Notes under the pieces: model-generated
What the model saw: only the letters and a program-made list of their open reading frames with translations
Databases searched by the model: none
What the model was told of the DNA's origin: nothing
Shown here: in pieces, positions 10,288 to 21,045 of the stretch
Numbering within the stretch: position 1 is the first letter of the stretch
How the letters are laid out: each line of letters opens with the position of its first letter
Program-made: the position numbers and the translations under genes
From: Candidatus Moraniibacteriota bacterium
GTDB lineage: Bacteria; Patescibacteriota; Minisyncoccia; Moranbacterales; UBA1568
NCBI GenBank assembly: GCA_017983435.1
Contig: JAGOBM010000003.1
Coordinates: 4,786-68,785 of the forward strand
DNA length: 64,000 nt
Direction: 5' to 3'

Positions 10288-11343
10288 TCACTGCTCCAGA
10301 ATCACGCCGCCTCCGAGACAGTATCCGCGATCATAGAAGACGGCATACTGTCCGGCCGCGATACCTTTGTCCGGCTCAGCGAGCCTGACGGTCGCCGCAC
10401 CATCCCGGTGCAGCACGATTCGCGATCGATATACCTTCTCTCCGTGCCGGATCTTCACGCCGAGATTCCGCGTCTCCGGCAGACCGGCGATCCAATTGAT
10501 CGCGACCACACGGAAAGTATCCCGCACCATATCCTCGCTCCGATAGAGATTGGAAACGAGTATCTCATTGGTCTCTGGCCGCTTCCTGGCCACGTACCAT
10601 GGACCACCCGAAAGACCGATACTGCGCCGCTGCCCGATCGTGTAGTACCAGAACCCGTTGTGCTCTCCAAGCTTTTTCCCCGTCTTCGCGTCGATGATAT
10701 CCCCTGTCTGATTGCCCAGATGGTACTCGAGGAACTTATCAAAGGCGATCTCGCCGAGAAAGCAGATTCCCTGACTATCCTTCCGTGAAGCATTCGGCAA
10801 TGCATACCGCTCAGCCAGCTTCCGTACCTCTGGTTTCTCGAGATGTCCGATCGGAAAACAGGCACGCGCTATCTGCTCCTGTGACAGCTGAGACAGGAAA
10901 TATGTCTGATCCTTGATCGGATCGGGAGACATCTTGAGATAGGTCCGCCCGTCCCGCTCTTCGGTCTGTGCGTAGTGCCCCGTCGCTATCGTGTCGAAGT
11001 CTTTCCCAAACGCATCGGCGAAGGCTCCGAATTTGATCCGGGCATTGCAGAGCATATCCGGATTCGGCGTCCGACCCGCACGCACCTCGGCGATCGTATG
11101 CGCGACGACTCGCTCCCAGTATTCTTTCTGAAACGGCACGACCGAGAGTGGGACTCCCGCCTGCTCGCACACCGCCCGGACATAGGAGAGGTCTTCTTCC
11201 CACGGACACTCACCCAGAAAAGCCAGCTCATCCTCAAGCCAGATTTTCATGTAGAAAGCCTCGATCTCATGCCCGGCATCCTGAAGCAGCCGCAACGCGA
11301 CCGAACTATCCACACCACCAGAGATAAGCATCGCGATTTTCAT
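10288..11343 (-). CDS. mnmA: tRNA-specific 2-thiouridylase
   Basis: N-terminal SGGVDSSVA PP-loop, 351 aa. Confidence 0.9.
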   Translation of the reverse strand: MKIAMLISGGVDSSVALRLLQDAGHEIEAFYMKIWLEDELAFLGECPWEEDLSYVRAVCEQAGVPLSVVPFQKEYWERVVAHTIAEVRAGRTPNPDMLCNARIKFGAFADAFGKDFDTIATGHYAQTEERDGRTYLKMSPDPIKDQTYFLSQLSQEQIARACFPIGHLEKPEVRKLAERYALPNASRKDSQGICFLGEIAFDKFLEYHLGNQTGDIIDAKTGKKLGEHNGFWYYTIGQRRSIGLSGGPWYVARKRPETNEILVSNLYRSEDMVRDTFRVVAINWIAGLPETRNLGVKIRHGEKVYRSRIVLHRDGAATVRLAEPDKGIAAGQYAVFYDRGYCLGGGVILEQ

Positions 11344-11397
11344 GAAGCAAACGTGTTTAAAAAAAATATCCTACTGCTTGTGTATTATTTCAGGCAA

Positions 11398-11584
11398 GAC
11401 AGTCTTTTGTAGGATTTTTCCGCCGCCATCTTTCTTCTCGCCGGGCACCGCTCCTCGCATAAGCGCCGGTACAAAAGATCCGTGACGCGAGTCTTCCGTA
11501 GCGGACAGGAGATTTTGTCGGCGTGATGCTCGAGAGCGGTCGGAAGAAGAAACTGGCGGAGAAAAATCCTACAAAATGGCTGTC
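11398..11584. repeat. 187-bp element with 27-30-bp terminal inverted repeats (MITE-like or large regulatory hairpin)
   Basis: Arm GACAGTCTTTTGTAGGATTTTTCCGCC at about 11398-11424 pairs with GGCGGAGAAAAATCCTACAAAATGGCTGTC at about 11555-11584. Confidence 0.5.
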
Positions 11585-11643
11585 TGATTCCAGAAATCAT
11601 TTGAAACGTCAGTCATCCACTCTCTCGCATTTCGAGGGAAAAA

Positions 11644-13416
11644 TCAATAGGTGGAGCGCAACGCATTGACGATGACGACCACATCGATCACCTCCTGAAG
11701 AATAGCTCCATAGACCGGTGGAATGAAGCCGAAAAAGGCGAATATCATGCCGATGAGAGAGAGTCCGATGCCGATGATAATGCTCTGCCTGGCCACCTGA
11801 TACGAACGGCGGCCAATATGCACCGCATCGCGGATTTTCCAGGCATCGCGGCCGAGAATCGCGACATCCGCCGCTTCGATCGAAGCACTGTTCTCAGTAC
11901 CGGAAAACACGATGCCCACATCGGCGAGCGCCAAGGCTGGCGCGTCATTCATACCATCACCGACCATGCCGACCAGACTCCCTCCCTGCTGCTGTCGCAA
12001 GACCAGGGCTGATTTCTTGGCTGGCGAACACTCCGCATAGACCGGGATACGGAAACGGCCGAAAAGCCGATGGGCATTGGCCCGTTTATCCCCGGTCAGG
12101 ATGCCAATCGAATAATCTCGTGTCCGGAAATATTCGAACAACTTCTCGACATCTTCCTTGATCGTATCGTCAAACGAGAACCGCGCGATGACTGTTCCTT
12201 CACAGGAAAGCTCCGAGATGATGCCGCTACCGGCATGTGACGCATCCGATTTGCCGATGCGATAGCGCTTCCCATCAATGACACCGTAGATACCGTCGCC
12301 GATCTTCTCTTCGACATGCTTGGCCGAAAGCAGTGCTCCTCCCCGGTCCTCATTGGCATGCACGAGACTCTTGGCTACCGGATGAAGAGAGCTCCATTCG
12401 AGCGCCGCAGCGATCTCGAGCACCTGCCGCTCAGTATAGAAAGCCTGCAGCACCTCGATTCCCTTGAGCTCCGGCTCGCCGAGCGTCAATGTCCCGGTCT
12501 TGTCGAAGAAAAGTGTCTTCGTCTTGGCGAGCGCCTCGAGGACAGACGGACTCTTGATGACGATGCTATTGCGGGCTGCCCGACTCAATCCCCCCAAGAA
12601 GCTCACGGGGGCTGCAATCAGGAGCGGACAGGGCGTCGCAATGACGAGTACCGCCAAGAAACGTTCCCAATCCTGGAAGACTATCAGCGCACCAAAAGCG
12701 AAAATGAGCGTCACAAGCGTAAACATCCAATTCGATCGTTCAGCCAGCCGCACCAGGGGCGACTGCTGCTGCTTGCCGCGCTCGACCAGCGTCAGGATTT
12801 TCCGATAACTCGAGTGCTCAAAATTCCCGCGAGCCTCAAGTAAGATCACCGGCCCGAGATTGACGCAGCCGCTTTTGACGAATTTCCCCTTCCGATATTC
12901 GACCGGTTCCATCTCTCCGGTCAGATTTGCCTCATTCAAAAGCGCATCATCCGCCAAGAGCGTCGCATCAAGCGGCACCATCTCATTGGTCCGAACCAGA
13001 AACGCTTCTCCTTCATTCACCTCCTGGATAGGTTTCGAAAGCACGCCGCTCTCGGTCTGCATCAACACTTCTTTGGGAAACTTATCAAACAGCCCTCGCA
13101 GCGTTTTCTCGGCACGGCGTGTCCCAAAGGATTCGAGTGCCGCGCTCACAGAAACCATCAGCGCGAGAACAGCTCCGGAAAGCCATTCCCCGAAAAATGC
13201 AGCCGTGAAGAGCGCCAGGAAAGCGATATAATCCAGATTCCATTTATGTTCCCGTATCCGCTCCCATGATTCGATACAGAGAATGCCGAGACCGACTGAG
13301 ACCGCCAAGGCGCGCAACATATCCGGAGCGACGAAAAACGAAACGCTCCCAAGCAGCACGATGATGATCGGAGCAAGAAACTCACGGCTGGAGAGCGCGG
13401 TACGCAGAGTATCCAT
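11644..13416 (-). CDS. P-type ATPase, P1B-5-like (TPCP motif), no N-terminal metal-binding domain
   Basis: DKTGTLT, MVGDGMNDAPAL and a TPCP motif in TM6. Start is set at MDTLRT to avoid overlap with the upstream protease. Confidence 0.8.
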   Translation of the reverse strand: MDTLRTALSSREFLAPIIIVLLGSVSFFVAPDMLRALAVSVGLGILCIESWERIREHKWNLDYIAFLALFTAAFFGEWLSGAVLALMVSVSAALESFGTRRAEKTLRGLFDKFPKEVLMQTESGVLSKPIQEVNEGEAFLVRTNEMVPLDATLLADDALLNEANLTGEMEPVEYRKGKFVKSGCVNLGPVILLEARGNFEHSSYRKILTLVERGKQQQSPLVRLAERSNWMFTLVTLIFAFGALIVFQDWERFLAVLVIATPCPLLIAAPVSFLGGLSRAARNSIVIKSPSVLEALAKTKTLFFDKTGTLTLGEPELKGIEVLQAFYTERQVLEIAAALEWSSLHPVAKSLVHANEDRGGALLSAKHVEEKIGDGIYGVIDGKRYRIGKSDASHAGSGIISELSCEGTVIARFSFDDTIKEDVEKLFEYFRTRDYSIGILTGDKRANAHRLFGRFRIPVYAECSPAKKSALVLRQQQGGSLVGMVGDGMNDAPALALADVGIVFSGTENSASIEAADVAILGRDAWKIRDAVHIGRRSYQVARQSIIIGIGLSLIGMIFAFFGFIPPVYGAILQEVIDVVVIVNALRSTY

Positions 13417-13441
13417 ACTTTTTTTTGGGCCATGACAGCTA

Positions 13442-14863
13442 TTATCGCTTCGTATCACGCACACGGACAGTGATACGCTCTTCGCCGTATTTCTTCTCAT
13501 GCCGCTTCCGTTCATCATCATGGAGACGCTGCCGCAGACTGGCTATCTCCCCCTCTTCGCGACGTATCTGCCGGACCAGCCAAAAGAGCGCTGCTCCAAA
13601 AATAGAGGAGAGGAACAGTATCGCCCCGAGCAAGGTCGCCATCGGAAGATCGATGCTTTCTGCACGATCCTTCACCATGTCCCACCGGGTATCGAGAGCC
13701 TGTCCGTTCGCCTGTATCGAGCGACAGCGCTCACGATACGGTTCCATCGATTTTTCCAGGGAAAAAATCTCATTCACGGACCCAGCCTGATGGAAATACT
13801 CAAAAGCCTCTCCACACCGCCGATGCTCATAGGCATCGATACCCTGAGTAAAGGCCCTAAAAATCTCATGCCGATCGAGTGCGAGTCCGATTTTCTCGGC
13901 TTCTTCCCGAATAAGCGCCGCTGGCAGGGCAAAAGCGAAATTATCGCCTGATGACCGCTCGAGCTCACTCGTCTGAAACGTGACCAACCCGACGACTTCC
14001 CCAAAATCATTGAACAGCGGCCCGCCGCTTGATCCCTGCGATACTTTGGCATCGGTCTGATAGATCGGAAAATCTTTGCTGGCAGCCGTCTTGATAGCGC
14101 TCACCACTCCGCGGGTAAACGTCGCTTCAGTCGGACTCTTGCTATTGAACTCGGCAGTCCCAGGAAAACCGAAAACATACGCCGTGCTTCCCACCGATAG
14201 CGTGCTTCCGGAGGCGATCGGCAGAGCTGGCAATCGATCCAGATCGACCCGGATGATAGCGACATCCCGATCATCTTCCATGAAGTTCTCATTCAGGCTT
14301 TCCACGCTGGCCGGAAACGCTTCGCGCACCAGATCAGCCGGCCGTTCTTTGATGGATCGGGGATCAAGCACAAAGGTCTCGGTCCGGAGATCGAATCGGC
14401 TATTCTCAATCACGGTCCGCAAGACTTGCTTACCGAATGCTTCGGCCCCGTCCGATTGCAGGAACGATTGTGCCTCCTCGTCCGAAAGATACAATACATT
14501 CTCATAGAAGGCCGCCATGGCCGATTCGGAGGCCAGCATCTGCTTGATCGTCTCCTGCGAGACGACATGGGCATTGGTCGCTATATATCCGTCCGGATGG
14601 ATGATCAGACCGCTGCCGGAAATATACTCATCCACGCTGATCTTGATTGGATCGACCGATGTATCGACCGCGATCAGTCCTTGGCGGACATCCACCTTTA
14701 TAGAAGCGATCTCAGCCTCGCCGGCCGTATGTGTCATGATGCGGGCCACGGACGGCTTGACGAGATTTGCTAGAACTTCAGGCGCATACGGACCAGCCGC
14801 GTGCACCCGGACAACCGTGCCGCAAGAGCCCAATAGAAGCAAGAGAACAAGAAGGCGTCGCAT
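13442..14863 (-). CDS. S1-family trypsin-like serine protease with C-terminal TM helix and basic tail
   Basis: HVV...DVAIIRV...GSSGGPLF catalytic triad context; N-terminal signal. Confidence 0.75.
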   Translation of the reverse strand: MRRLLVLLLLLGSCGTVVRVHAAGPYAPEVLANLVKPSVARIMTHTAGEAEIASIKVDVRQGLIAVDTSVDPIKISVDEYISGSGLIIHPDGYIATNAHVVSQETIKQMLASESAMAAFYENVLYLSDEEAQSFLQSDGAEAFGKQVLRTVIENSRFDLRTETFVLDPRSIKERPADLVREAFPASVESLNENFMEDDRDVAIIRVDLDRLPALPIASGSTLSVGSTAYVFGFPGTAEFNSKSPTEATFTRGVVSAIKTAASKDFPIYQTDAKVSQGSSGGPLFNDFGEVVGLVTFQTSELERSSGDNFAFALPAALIREEAEKIGLALDRHEIFRAFTQGIDAYEHRRCGEAFEYFHQAGSVNEIFSLEKSMEPYRERCRSIQANGQALDTRWDMVKDRAESIDLPMATLLGAILFLSSIFGAALFWLVRQIRREEGEIASLRQRLHDDERKRHEKKYGEERITVRVRDTKR

Positions 14864-15048
14864 GATTTTTTCTTTTGTTTCAAAAACCGCTCACGCCAGG
14901 ATATTCTCCAGCGGAACTTGCCTTTCATTGTATCACAAAACAGTCGTCTTCTCGTTGACCAGAGCCTCTTTCTATGGTAGCGTGAGGAGAATTTCCTCTG
15001 CCACCAGAGGCAGTAATAATTCTTTTATTCTGAGCTGAATTTTATCCT

Positions 15049-16164
15049 ATGTTTACCTCTCTCTCGACACGTTTCCCTTGGATTTCCCGCTGGCCGTTTT
15101 TTGCGATCATCACGCTATCCGCCGCTCTCGGCATCAGCGTCTATTGGTCCGCTTCCGATACATCATCCCTCGAAGACCAGACTGAAAAAAACGCGCCGAC
15201 TCCTCTCACTGTCAGTACCAGCCGCGTCTCCGAACAGCATTCGATCGTGTTCGATTTCTCTGCCGCCGGTACTGTGGAACACGAAAGCGAGGCTCATCTC
15301 TCGGCCTCTATCAATGGCACCGTCGTCTTCGTCGGAAGCGATCTCGGCCGCATGGTCGGAGTCGGTCAGACGCTCTTCCGGATCGATGCGCCCGGCAGCA
15401 GCATCCCCTCGAATCAGGGATTCCGGAGCAGCGAACTCGAGAGCGCCGCGCTCTCGCTCGCCAATGCGAAAAAATCCTATCAGCTCGCCAAACACGATGA
15501 CGATCGGGATGAGACGACTGCTTCAGAAATAGCCAAAGACCAGGCCCGCAACGATCGCGATATCGCAGCACTCGCCTATCAGGCGATACTTGATCAGCAT
15601 ATCGTCAGAAGCCCGATCGCCGGCAGCATGACCGCGCGCTTCGTAGCGCCCGGCGACACGGTCTCAGTCGGCACGCCGCTCGGCACCGTCAGCCGCGGGA
15701 AGAAACTCATCCGTTTTTCGGTCAATGATACCGAACACGCTCTGCTCTCTCTCGGACAGTCGCTATCCTTCTCCAAGACATCCGATGGGAAGAATGCGCT
15801 CTCCGGCCGCATCATCCGTATCTCGCCGATCGCCGATACGGACAGTCGACGCTTCCTCATCGAGGCCGAAAGCAGTGATATCGCTTTCAAAGATATCGCT
15901 TCCGGATCTATCGTCACGGTCTCGGTCTCAGCATCGAAACAAGCCGGGGCAGGCAATTTCTTTCTGCCGCTCTCAGCTGTGTCCCAGGATCAGGATGGCA
16001 GCGCCGTATTCATCTACGAGGACGGTCAGGCCCGAAGACAGACGGTGACTCTCATCAATATCGATGGAGAAATCGTCGAGTTGTCCGGATTGGATCCCGA
16101 CACCCGCATCATCACGACCGGAGTGAAGCGTCTCAAGGAAGGCGATGCCGTAACTCTCGAGTAA
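15049..16164 (+). CDS. efflux RND transporter periplasmic adaptor subunit
   Basis: HlyD/biotin-lipoyl-like hairpin architecture (IVRSPIAGSMTARFVAPGDTV); directly upstream of the RND pump. Confidence 0.8.
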   Translation: MFTSLSTRFPWISRWPFFAIITLSAALGISVYWSASDTSSLEDQTEKNAPTPLTVSTSRVSEQHSIVFDFSAAGTVEHESEAHLSASINGTVVFVGSDLGRMVGVGQTLFRIDAPGSSIPSNQGFRSSELESAALSLANAKKSYQLAKHDDDRDETTASEIAKDQARNDRDIAALAYQAILDQHIVRSPIAGSMTARFVAPGDTVSVGTPLGTVSRGKKLIRFSVNDTEHALLSLGQSLSFSKTSDGKNALSGRIIRISPIADTDSRRFLIEAESSDIAFKDIASGSIVTVSVSASKQAGAGNFFLPLSAVSQDQDGSAVFIYEDGQARRQTVTLINIDGEIVELSGLDPDTRIITTGVKRLKEGDAVTLE

Positions 16165-16176
16165 ACTCTCTCCCTT

Positions 16177-19100
16177 ATGACCGAACCAGCCCCCAAGGAA
16201 TCATCATCAGACTCCCGCTATCTTTCCCGGCTCTCTTTCGATCCGGCGCTTCGCAACGGGTTCCTGAATTTTTTCGTCACCCACACGCGCGTCATCGTGC
16301 TCCTGCTTATCCTGCTCTCCGGCTGGGGTACCTATGCCTACCGTACGCTGCCTCGCGAATCGAATCCCGAAGTGAAGCTCCCCTACGTCATCATCACCAC
16401 CGCCTATCCCGGAGCATCACCGAGCGATGTCGAGGAGCTCGTCACCAAAAAGATCGAAACAGAAGTCTCGTCGCTCAGAGGGGCTGACAAAGTCACTTCG
16501 ACGTCCGCGAATTCCATCTCGTCCATCAGTATCCAATTCGCATCCGGCGAAGATATCGAAGATGCCACCCGCCGGGTCCGCGATGCGGTGGACAATGTCC
16601 GGCCGGAGCTGCCGGAAGAAGTGAGTGATCCGACCATCTCAGAGATGTCCTTCGATGACCAGCCTATCCTGACGATCGCGCTCACCGGACCCTACGACGG
16701 ATTTACGCTCCGCGAACATGCCGAGACGCTCAAGGATGAACTCGAGAAGATCCCTGATGTCCGTGAAGTCAGACTCTCCGGCGGAGACGAGCGGGAATTC
16801 TCGATCGCCTATGATCCCGCCCGACTCTCCCGGTACGGTCTCTCCGCTGAAACCGCCAACCAAGCCGTGCAGGCCAGCAATATAGCTATGCCCGGAGGCA
16901 ATTTCGATGGCCGATCCTTCGTCTATCCGATACGTTCGGATGGACGGTTCTTCGACGCGTCGACGCTCGCCCGGATCTCGGTCGCTCGCACAGCCGACGG
17001 AACACTGATCAAATTGAGCGACATCGCGACAGTCGAAGAGCGGGCTATCAAGCGCACCATGATATCCCGACTCTCCATCGATGGCAGCCTGCCAGAAAAC
17101 GCTGTCACCATCGATATCATCAAGAAAACCGGTGGGTCGATCATCCATATCGTCTCTGCCGCCAAACAGACCGGCGAGTCGCTCCTCGCCGGATTCCCGA
17201 GCGGCATGCGTATGGATACGACGGTCGATTTTTCCGATGCCATGCGCAAGGATTTCGAGCAGCTCGGGCATGACTTCATGCTGACCATCGCGCTCGTGAT
17301 GATTACGCTCATCCTCGTCATCGGCATCAAGGAAGCGATCATCGCCGGATTGACCATCCCGCTCGTCTTCTTCGCGACGTTCGGCGTGATGCAAATGACC
17401 GGCACTTCACTCAATTTCCTCTCGCTCTTCTCCCTCCTGCTCGCGCTCGGGCTCCTCGTCGATGACGCTATCGTCGTCGTATCGGCGACGAAGCAGTACC
17501 TCCGGACGGGGAAATTCACGCCAGAAGAAGCGGTGCTGCTCGTACTGCGCGACTTCAAGGTCGTCCTCCTCACGACGACGCTCGCGACCACCTTCGCCTT
17601 CCTGCCGCTCCTCTTGGCCACCGGCATCATCGGCGAATTCATCAAATCCATTCCTGTCACCGTATCGGTCACGCTCATATCGTCGCTCATCATCGCGATC
17701 ATCATCAATCATCCGCTCGCGGCCGCACTCGAACGCATCCGCTTCACCCGCGGCATGTACTGGCTCGCACTCGCCGGGAGCCTCGGTACTGCTCTCTTGT
17801 CCATCGGATATCTCGGAGGCATATCGCGCTTCGCTCTGGCAGCTTTCGGCTTCGGCATCGTCTTCTGGCTCGCCCGCTTCCGCTATCTCGCCGGCGGCGA
17901 TGTCATCCTCCTGGCCAATGAGCGCCTCGTCGAACAGGAACGAGAGGATGACCAGCTCATCAAGGACAAGCTGGCGCATCAGATCAGCGATGAGGCCGGC
18001 TTTCTGGACCGGCTCATGCACGGCATCGTGCATATCGATCACATCATCCCTCACTACGAACGCCTGCTCCGCTTCGTGCTCTCGACGAAGAAACGCCGAG
18101 TCATCACGCTCGTATCGACGATCGGACTCTTCATCGGGACACTCCTCCTTCCCGCAACCGGCATCGTGAAATCAGAATTCTTCCCCGCATCGGACGAGAC
18201 GATGCTGTTCATCAATATCACCGGACCGATCGGTCTCCGGCTCGAAGAAACCGATACGATCGTCCAGGAAGCCGAATCCGCGCTCGTCAAATACCCGGAA
18301 ATCAAGAATTTCTCGACCGTCATCGGCGGACAGGTATCTTCGCAAAACAGCGCCGGCGGTTCCTCAGGCAGCGCATCGCACACCGCCGGAATCATCGTCA
18401 CCCTGGTCGATCAGAAAGAGCGATCAATCACTTCATTCGACCTCGCCACCAAGATCAGACATGAGCTCTCGGCGATACAGACTGCCGATATCACTGTCGA
18501 ATCGCAGCAAGGAGGTCCGCCGGCCGGAGCCGCTTTTGAAGCCCAGGTCCGTGGAGAGGATCTCGAAGAACTCGGGCGGATAGCGAGCGACCTCAAGGAC
18601 ATACTGGCGACGATCCCGGGGACTGCCGGCATCGATACTTCTCTCAAGGAAGCCCCAGCTGAATATACTTTCACCCTCGATCAGGACCGGCTCCGGATCT
18701 ACGGACTCTCATCCGCCTCGGTCGGATCGACGCTCCGCATGGCCGTATCAGGAACCGAGATCACCAAGGTGATCCGCGATAATGACGAGATTTCAGTCGT
18801 CGCCCGCTTCGATGAGCGCGCCCTCGCGACACTCCAGTCCCTGCAGAATATCGAGATCACGAACCAATCAGGCATCCCGGTCTATCTCAAGGACGTCGCA
18901 ACCATCGAACTCATCCCTTCTGTAAACGCGATCAAGCGCGTCGATGAACAGCGCGTCGTCTCGATCACTGCGGGTGTCGACGGCACGACGAGCGGACAGA
19001 CGGTACTCTTGGCCTTCCAGGACAAACTATCAGCTGGCGAATACCGGCTGCCTGATGGCTACGTCATCTCATACGGCGGCGAGAATGAAGAGAACGCCAA

Positions 19101-19596
19101 ATCGGTGCAATCGATACTGCAGGCGATGATCATCGCCGCGCTCCTCATCGTCTCGACACTCGTCATACAGTTCAACTCATTCCGCAAATCGCTCCTCGTG
19201 CTCGTCACGCTCCCGCTCGCGCTCATCGGAGTCTTCGTCGGCCTGGCCCTCTTCGGCGTACCACTCTCCTTCCCCGGACTGATCGGCATTCTCGCTCTCT
19301 TCGGCATCGTCGTGAAAAATGCGATCATCCTGGTCGACAAGATCAACATCAACCTCCGCATCGGTATACCGTTTGAGGAAGCCATAATCGACGCCGGAAA
19401 ATCGAGACTCGAAGCCATATGCATCACTTCGCTCTGTACCATACTCGGTATCATTCCGGTCACCCTCTCCAACGCCATGTGGCAGGCGCTCGGCTCCGCC
19501 ATCATCTTCGGACTCATGTTTTCCTCGTTCCTGACGCTCTTCATCATCCCGGTCCTCTATCGCATGCTCGCCAGCCGACAGGAGCGACACTCGTAA
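16177..19596 (+). CDS. efflux RND transporter permease (AcrB family)
   Basis: 1139 aa with 12-TM/2-loop architecture and typical AcrB motifs. Confidence 0.9.
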   Translation: MTEPAPKESSSDSRYLSRLSFDPALRNGFLNFFVTHTRVIVLLLILLSGWGTYAYRTLPRESNPEVKLPYVIITTAYPGASPSDVEELVTKKIETEVSSLRGADKVTSTSANSISSISIQFASGEDIEDATRRVRDAVDNVRPELPEEVSDPTISEMSFDDQPILTIALTGPYDGFTLREHAETLKDELEKIPDVREVRLSGGDEREFSIAYDPARLSRYGLSAETANQAVQASNIAMPGGNFDGRSFVYPIRSDGRFFDASTLARISVARTADGTLIKLSDIATVEERAIKRTMISRLSIDGSLPENAVTIDIIKKTGGSIIHIVSAAKQTGESLLAGFPSGMRMDTTVDFSDAMRKDFEQLGHDFMLTIALVMITLILVIGIKEAIIAGLTIPLVFFATFGVMQMTGTSLNFLSLFSLLLALGLLVDDAIVVVSATKQYLRTGKFTPEEAVLLVLRDFKVVLLTTTLATTFAFLPLLLATGIIGEFIKSIPVTVSVTLISSLIIAIIINHPLAAALERIRFTRGMYWLALAGSLGTALLSIGYLGGISRFALAAFGFGIVFWLARFRYLAGGDVILLANERLVEQEREDDQLIKDKLAHQISDEAGFLDRLMHGIVHIDHIIPHYERLLRFVLSTKKRRVITLVSTIGLFIGTLLLPATGIVKSEFFPASDETMLFINITGPIGLRLEETDTIVQEAESALVKYPEIKNFSTVIGGQVSSQNSAGGSSGSASHTAGIIVTLVDQKERSITSFDLATKIRHELSAIQTADITVESQQGGPPAGAAFEAQVRGEDLEELGRIASDLKDILATIPGTAGIDTSLKEAPAEYTFTLDQDRLRIYGLSSASVGSTLRMAVSGTEITKVIRDNDEISVVARFDERALATLQSLQNIEITNQSGIPVYLKDVATIELIPSVNAIKRVDEQRVVSITAGVDGTTSGQTVLLAFQDKLSAGEYRLPDGYVISYGGENEENAKSVQSILQAMIIAALLIVSTLVIQFNSFRKSLLVLVTLPLALIGVFVGLALFGVPLSFPGLIGILALFGIVVKNAIILVDKININLRIGIPFEEAIIDAGKSRLEAICITSLCTILGIIPVTLSNAMWQALGSAIIFGLMFSSFLTLFIIPVLYRMLASRQERHS

Positions 19597-19616
19597 TCAG
19601 ACCCCGTTTCTCGCAA

Positions 19617-19650
19617 CGAAAAAACACCCGGGAAACCGGGTGTTTTTTCG
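19617..19650. terminator. bidirectional rho-independent terminator (ACACCCGG-GAAA-CCGGGTGT flanked by A/T runs)
   Basis: Lies between the convergent RND permease and pilT. Confidence 0.6.
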
Positions 19651-19661
19651 TCTCTTTATGC

Positions 19662-20843
19662 TTACACGAAAAATTCCACGGCTGGCCGATGATCCAAATA
19701 CGGCGCGACAGCCGCATGATCCACCTTGCCATCAAGAATGAGTTTCCCAGCTGAGTGTTCGAATGTGAGCATCCCCTCATCGGCTGACATGGCAATAGTA
19801 TTGACAAGCTGCGCCACGTCACCGTTGCGTACCGAATTTTGCACCGCATAATTCGCCACCAGCATCTCAAATATGGCCACGCGACCACCATCGGTCGAGC
19901 GCACGAGGCGCTGATTCACAATACCAAGCAAAGCATCAGCCATTTGATTGAGCACCATGTCACGCTCTTCGGGAGGAAACATACGCGCGATACGATAGAG
20001 CGTCTGCGCCGCATTGGTCGCATGGACAGTCGTGATTACCAAGTGACCCGTCGCCACGAGATTAAACACCGCTTGGGCTGTTTCGCGATCGCGCACCTCG
20101 CCTACCACGATAATATCCGGATCCTGACGCATAGCCGCCCGGAGCGACTTCTCAAACGAGAGCGTATCGGTATTGAGCTCCCGCTGGGAGACCATGCACT
20201 GCTTACTTTCGAATACGTGTTCGATCGGATCTTCAAGCGTCAAGATATGATCATGACGTGTTGCGTTGATTTCTTCGATCATCGCTGCCATCGTCGTCGT
20301 TTTTCCGTGACCAGTCGGTCCGCAAACCAAAATCATTCCTTGGCGTTCCCGGATCAATTCGTGCAATTTCTCAGGCGCCCCCAATTGATCGAGAGTCGGA
20401 ATGAGAGTATTGATCCGACGCATCGCAATCGAAAGATTATCATTTTTGTAGTACGCGTTGCACCGATAATGCACGTGATTCGTATGCGTAAATGAGAAGT
20501 CGAGCTCACGCGTCTGGCGCAATGTCTCCCGATCGCTCGCATCCGTAATCATGCCAAAGATAAGTTCTTCAGCGATACCAGAGGCGATAGCAGCATAGGG
20601 CAGGAATTCAAGCTCACCATTCACCCGCAGCGCTATTCTTCCTTGTCCAGAAAAATGAATATCTGAAGCCCCGCATTCTGAGGCCATCCGGAGAGCGGTA
20701 TCAAAAGCAGCCCGATCAAACACTGCGAGTGCTTCAGTCGGTACCAAAACCTCCTCTTCTGCCTCCAATTGACGCAGCATGGCCTCCAGATCAGTGACCG
20801 GAGCCACATTGGCTGGAACAGTTGCAACATTTACTGGGTGCAT
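19662..20843 (-). CDS. pilT: type IV pilus retraction ATPase PilT
   Basis: Walker A CGPTGHGKTTT, Asp box, PilT-type His box; 393 aa. Confidence 0.85.
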   Translation of the reverse strand: MHPVNVATVPANVAPVTDLEAMLRQLEAEEEVLVPTEALAVFDRAAFDTALRMASECGASDIHFSGQGRIALRVNGELEFLPYAAIASGIAEELIFGMITDASDRETLRQTRELDFSFTHTNHVHYRCNAYYKNDNLSIAMRRINTLIPTLDQLGAPEKLHELIRERQGMILVCGPTGHGKTTTMAAMIEEINATRHDHILTLEDPIEHVFESKQCMVSQRELNTDTLSFEKSLRAAMRQDPDIIVVGEVRDRETAQAVFNLVATGHLVITTVHATNAAQTLYRIARMFPPEERDMVLNQMADALLGIVNQRLVRSTDGGRVAIFEMLVANYAVQNSVRNGDVAQLVNTIAMSADEGMLTFEHSAGKLILDGKVDHAAVAPYLDHRPAVEFFV

Positions 20844-21045
20844 ACGAGCATGTCTAGGAATAAAATTATGGCTACATTGACGAACGTTTTATGGTATCAT
20901 ACTTTTAGTATTATGTCAATACTCTATACAACATAAACAGCTTAAATAAGCCATTTATAAATAAATATCAGGTGCGGATTTGGCCGGTCTGCTTGACTTT
21001 CCGCCCGATCGAGCCCATACTCACAAGATTCATTTATTCAGCCCT

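Noticed and set aside
11385-11600. 71-aa minus-strand ORF between mnmA and the ATPase gene.
   Set aside because: It lies wholly within the 187-bp inverted-repeat element; its composition is biased and it has no start-site context.
13417-13521. Overlap of about 80 bp between the P-type ATPase ORF and the upstream serine protease gene.
   Set aside because: Resolved by choosing the internal start MDTLRT (13416). The longer N-terminus has no conserved features.
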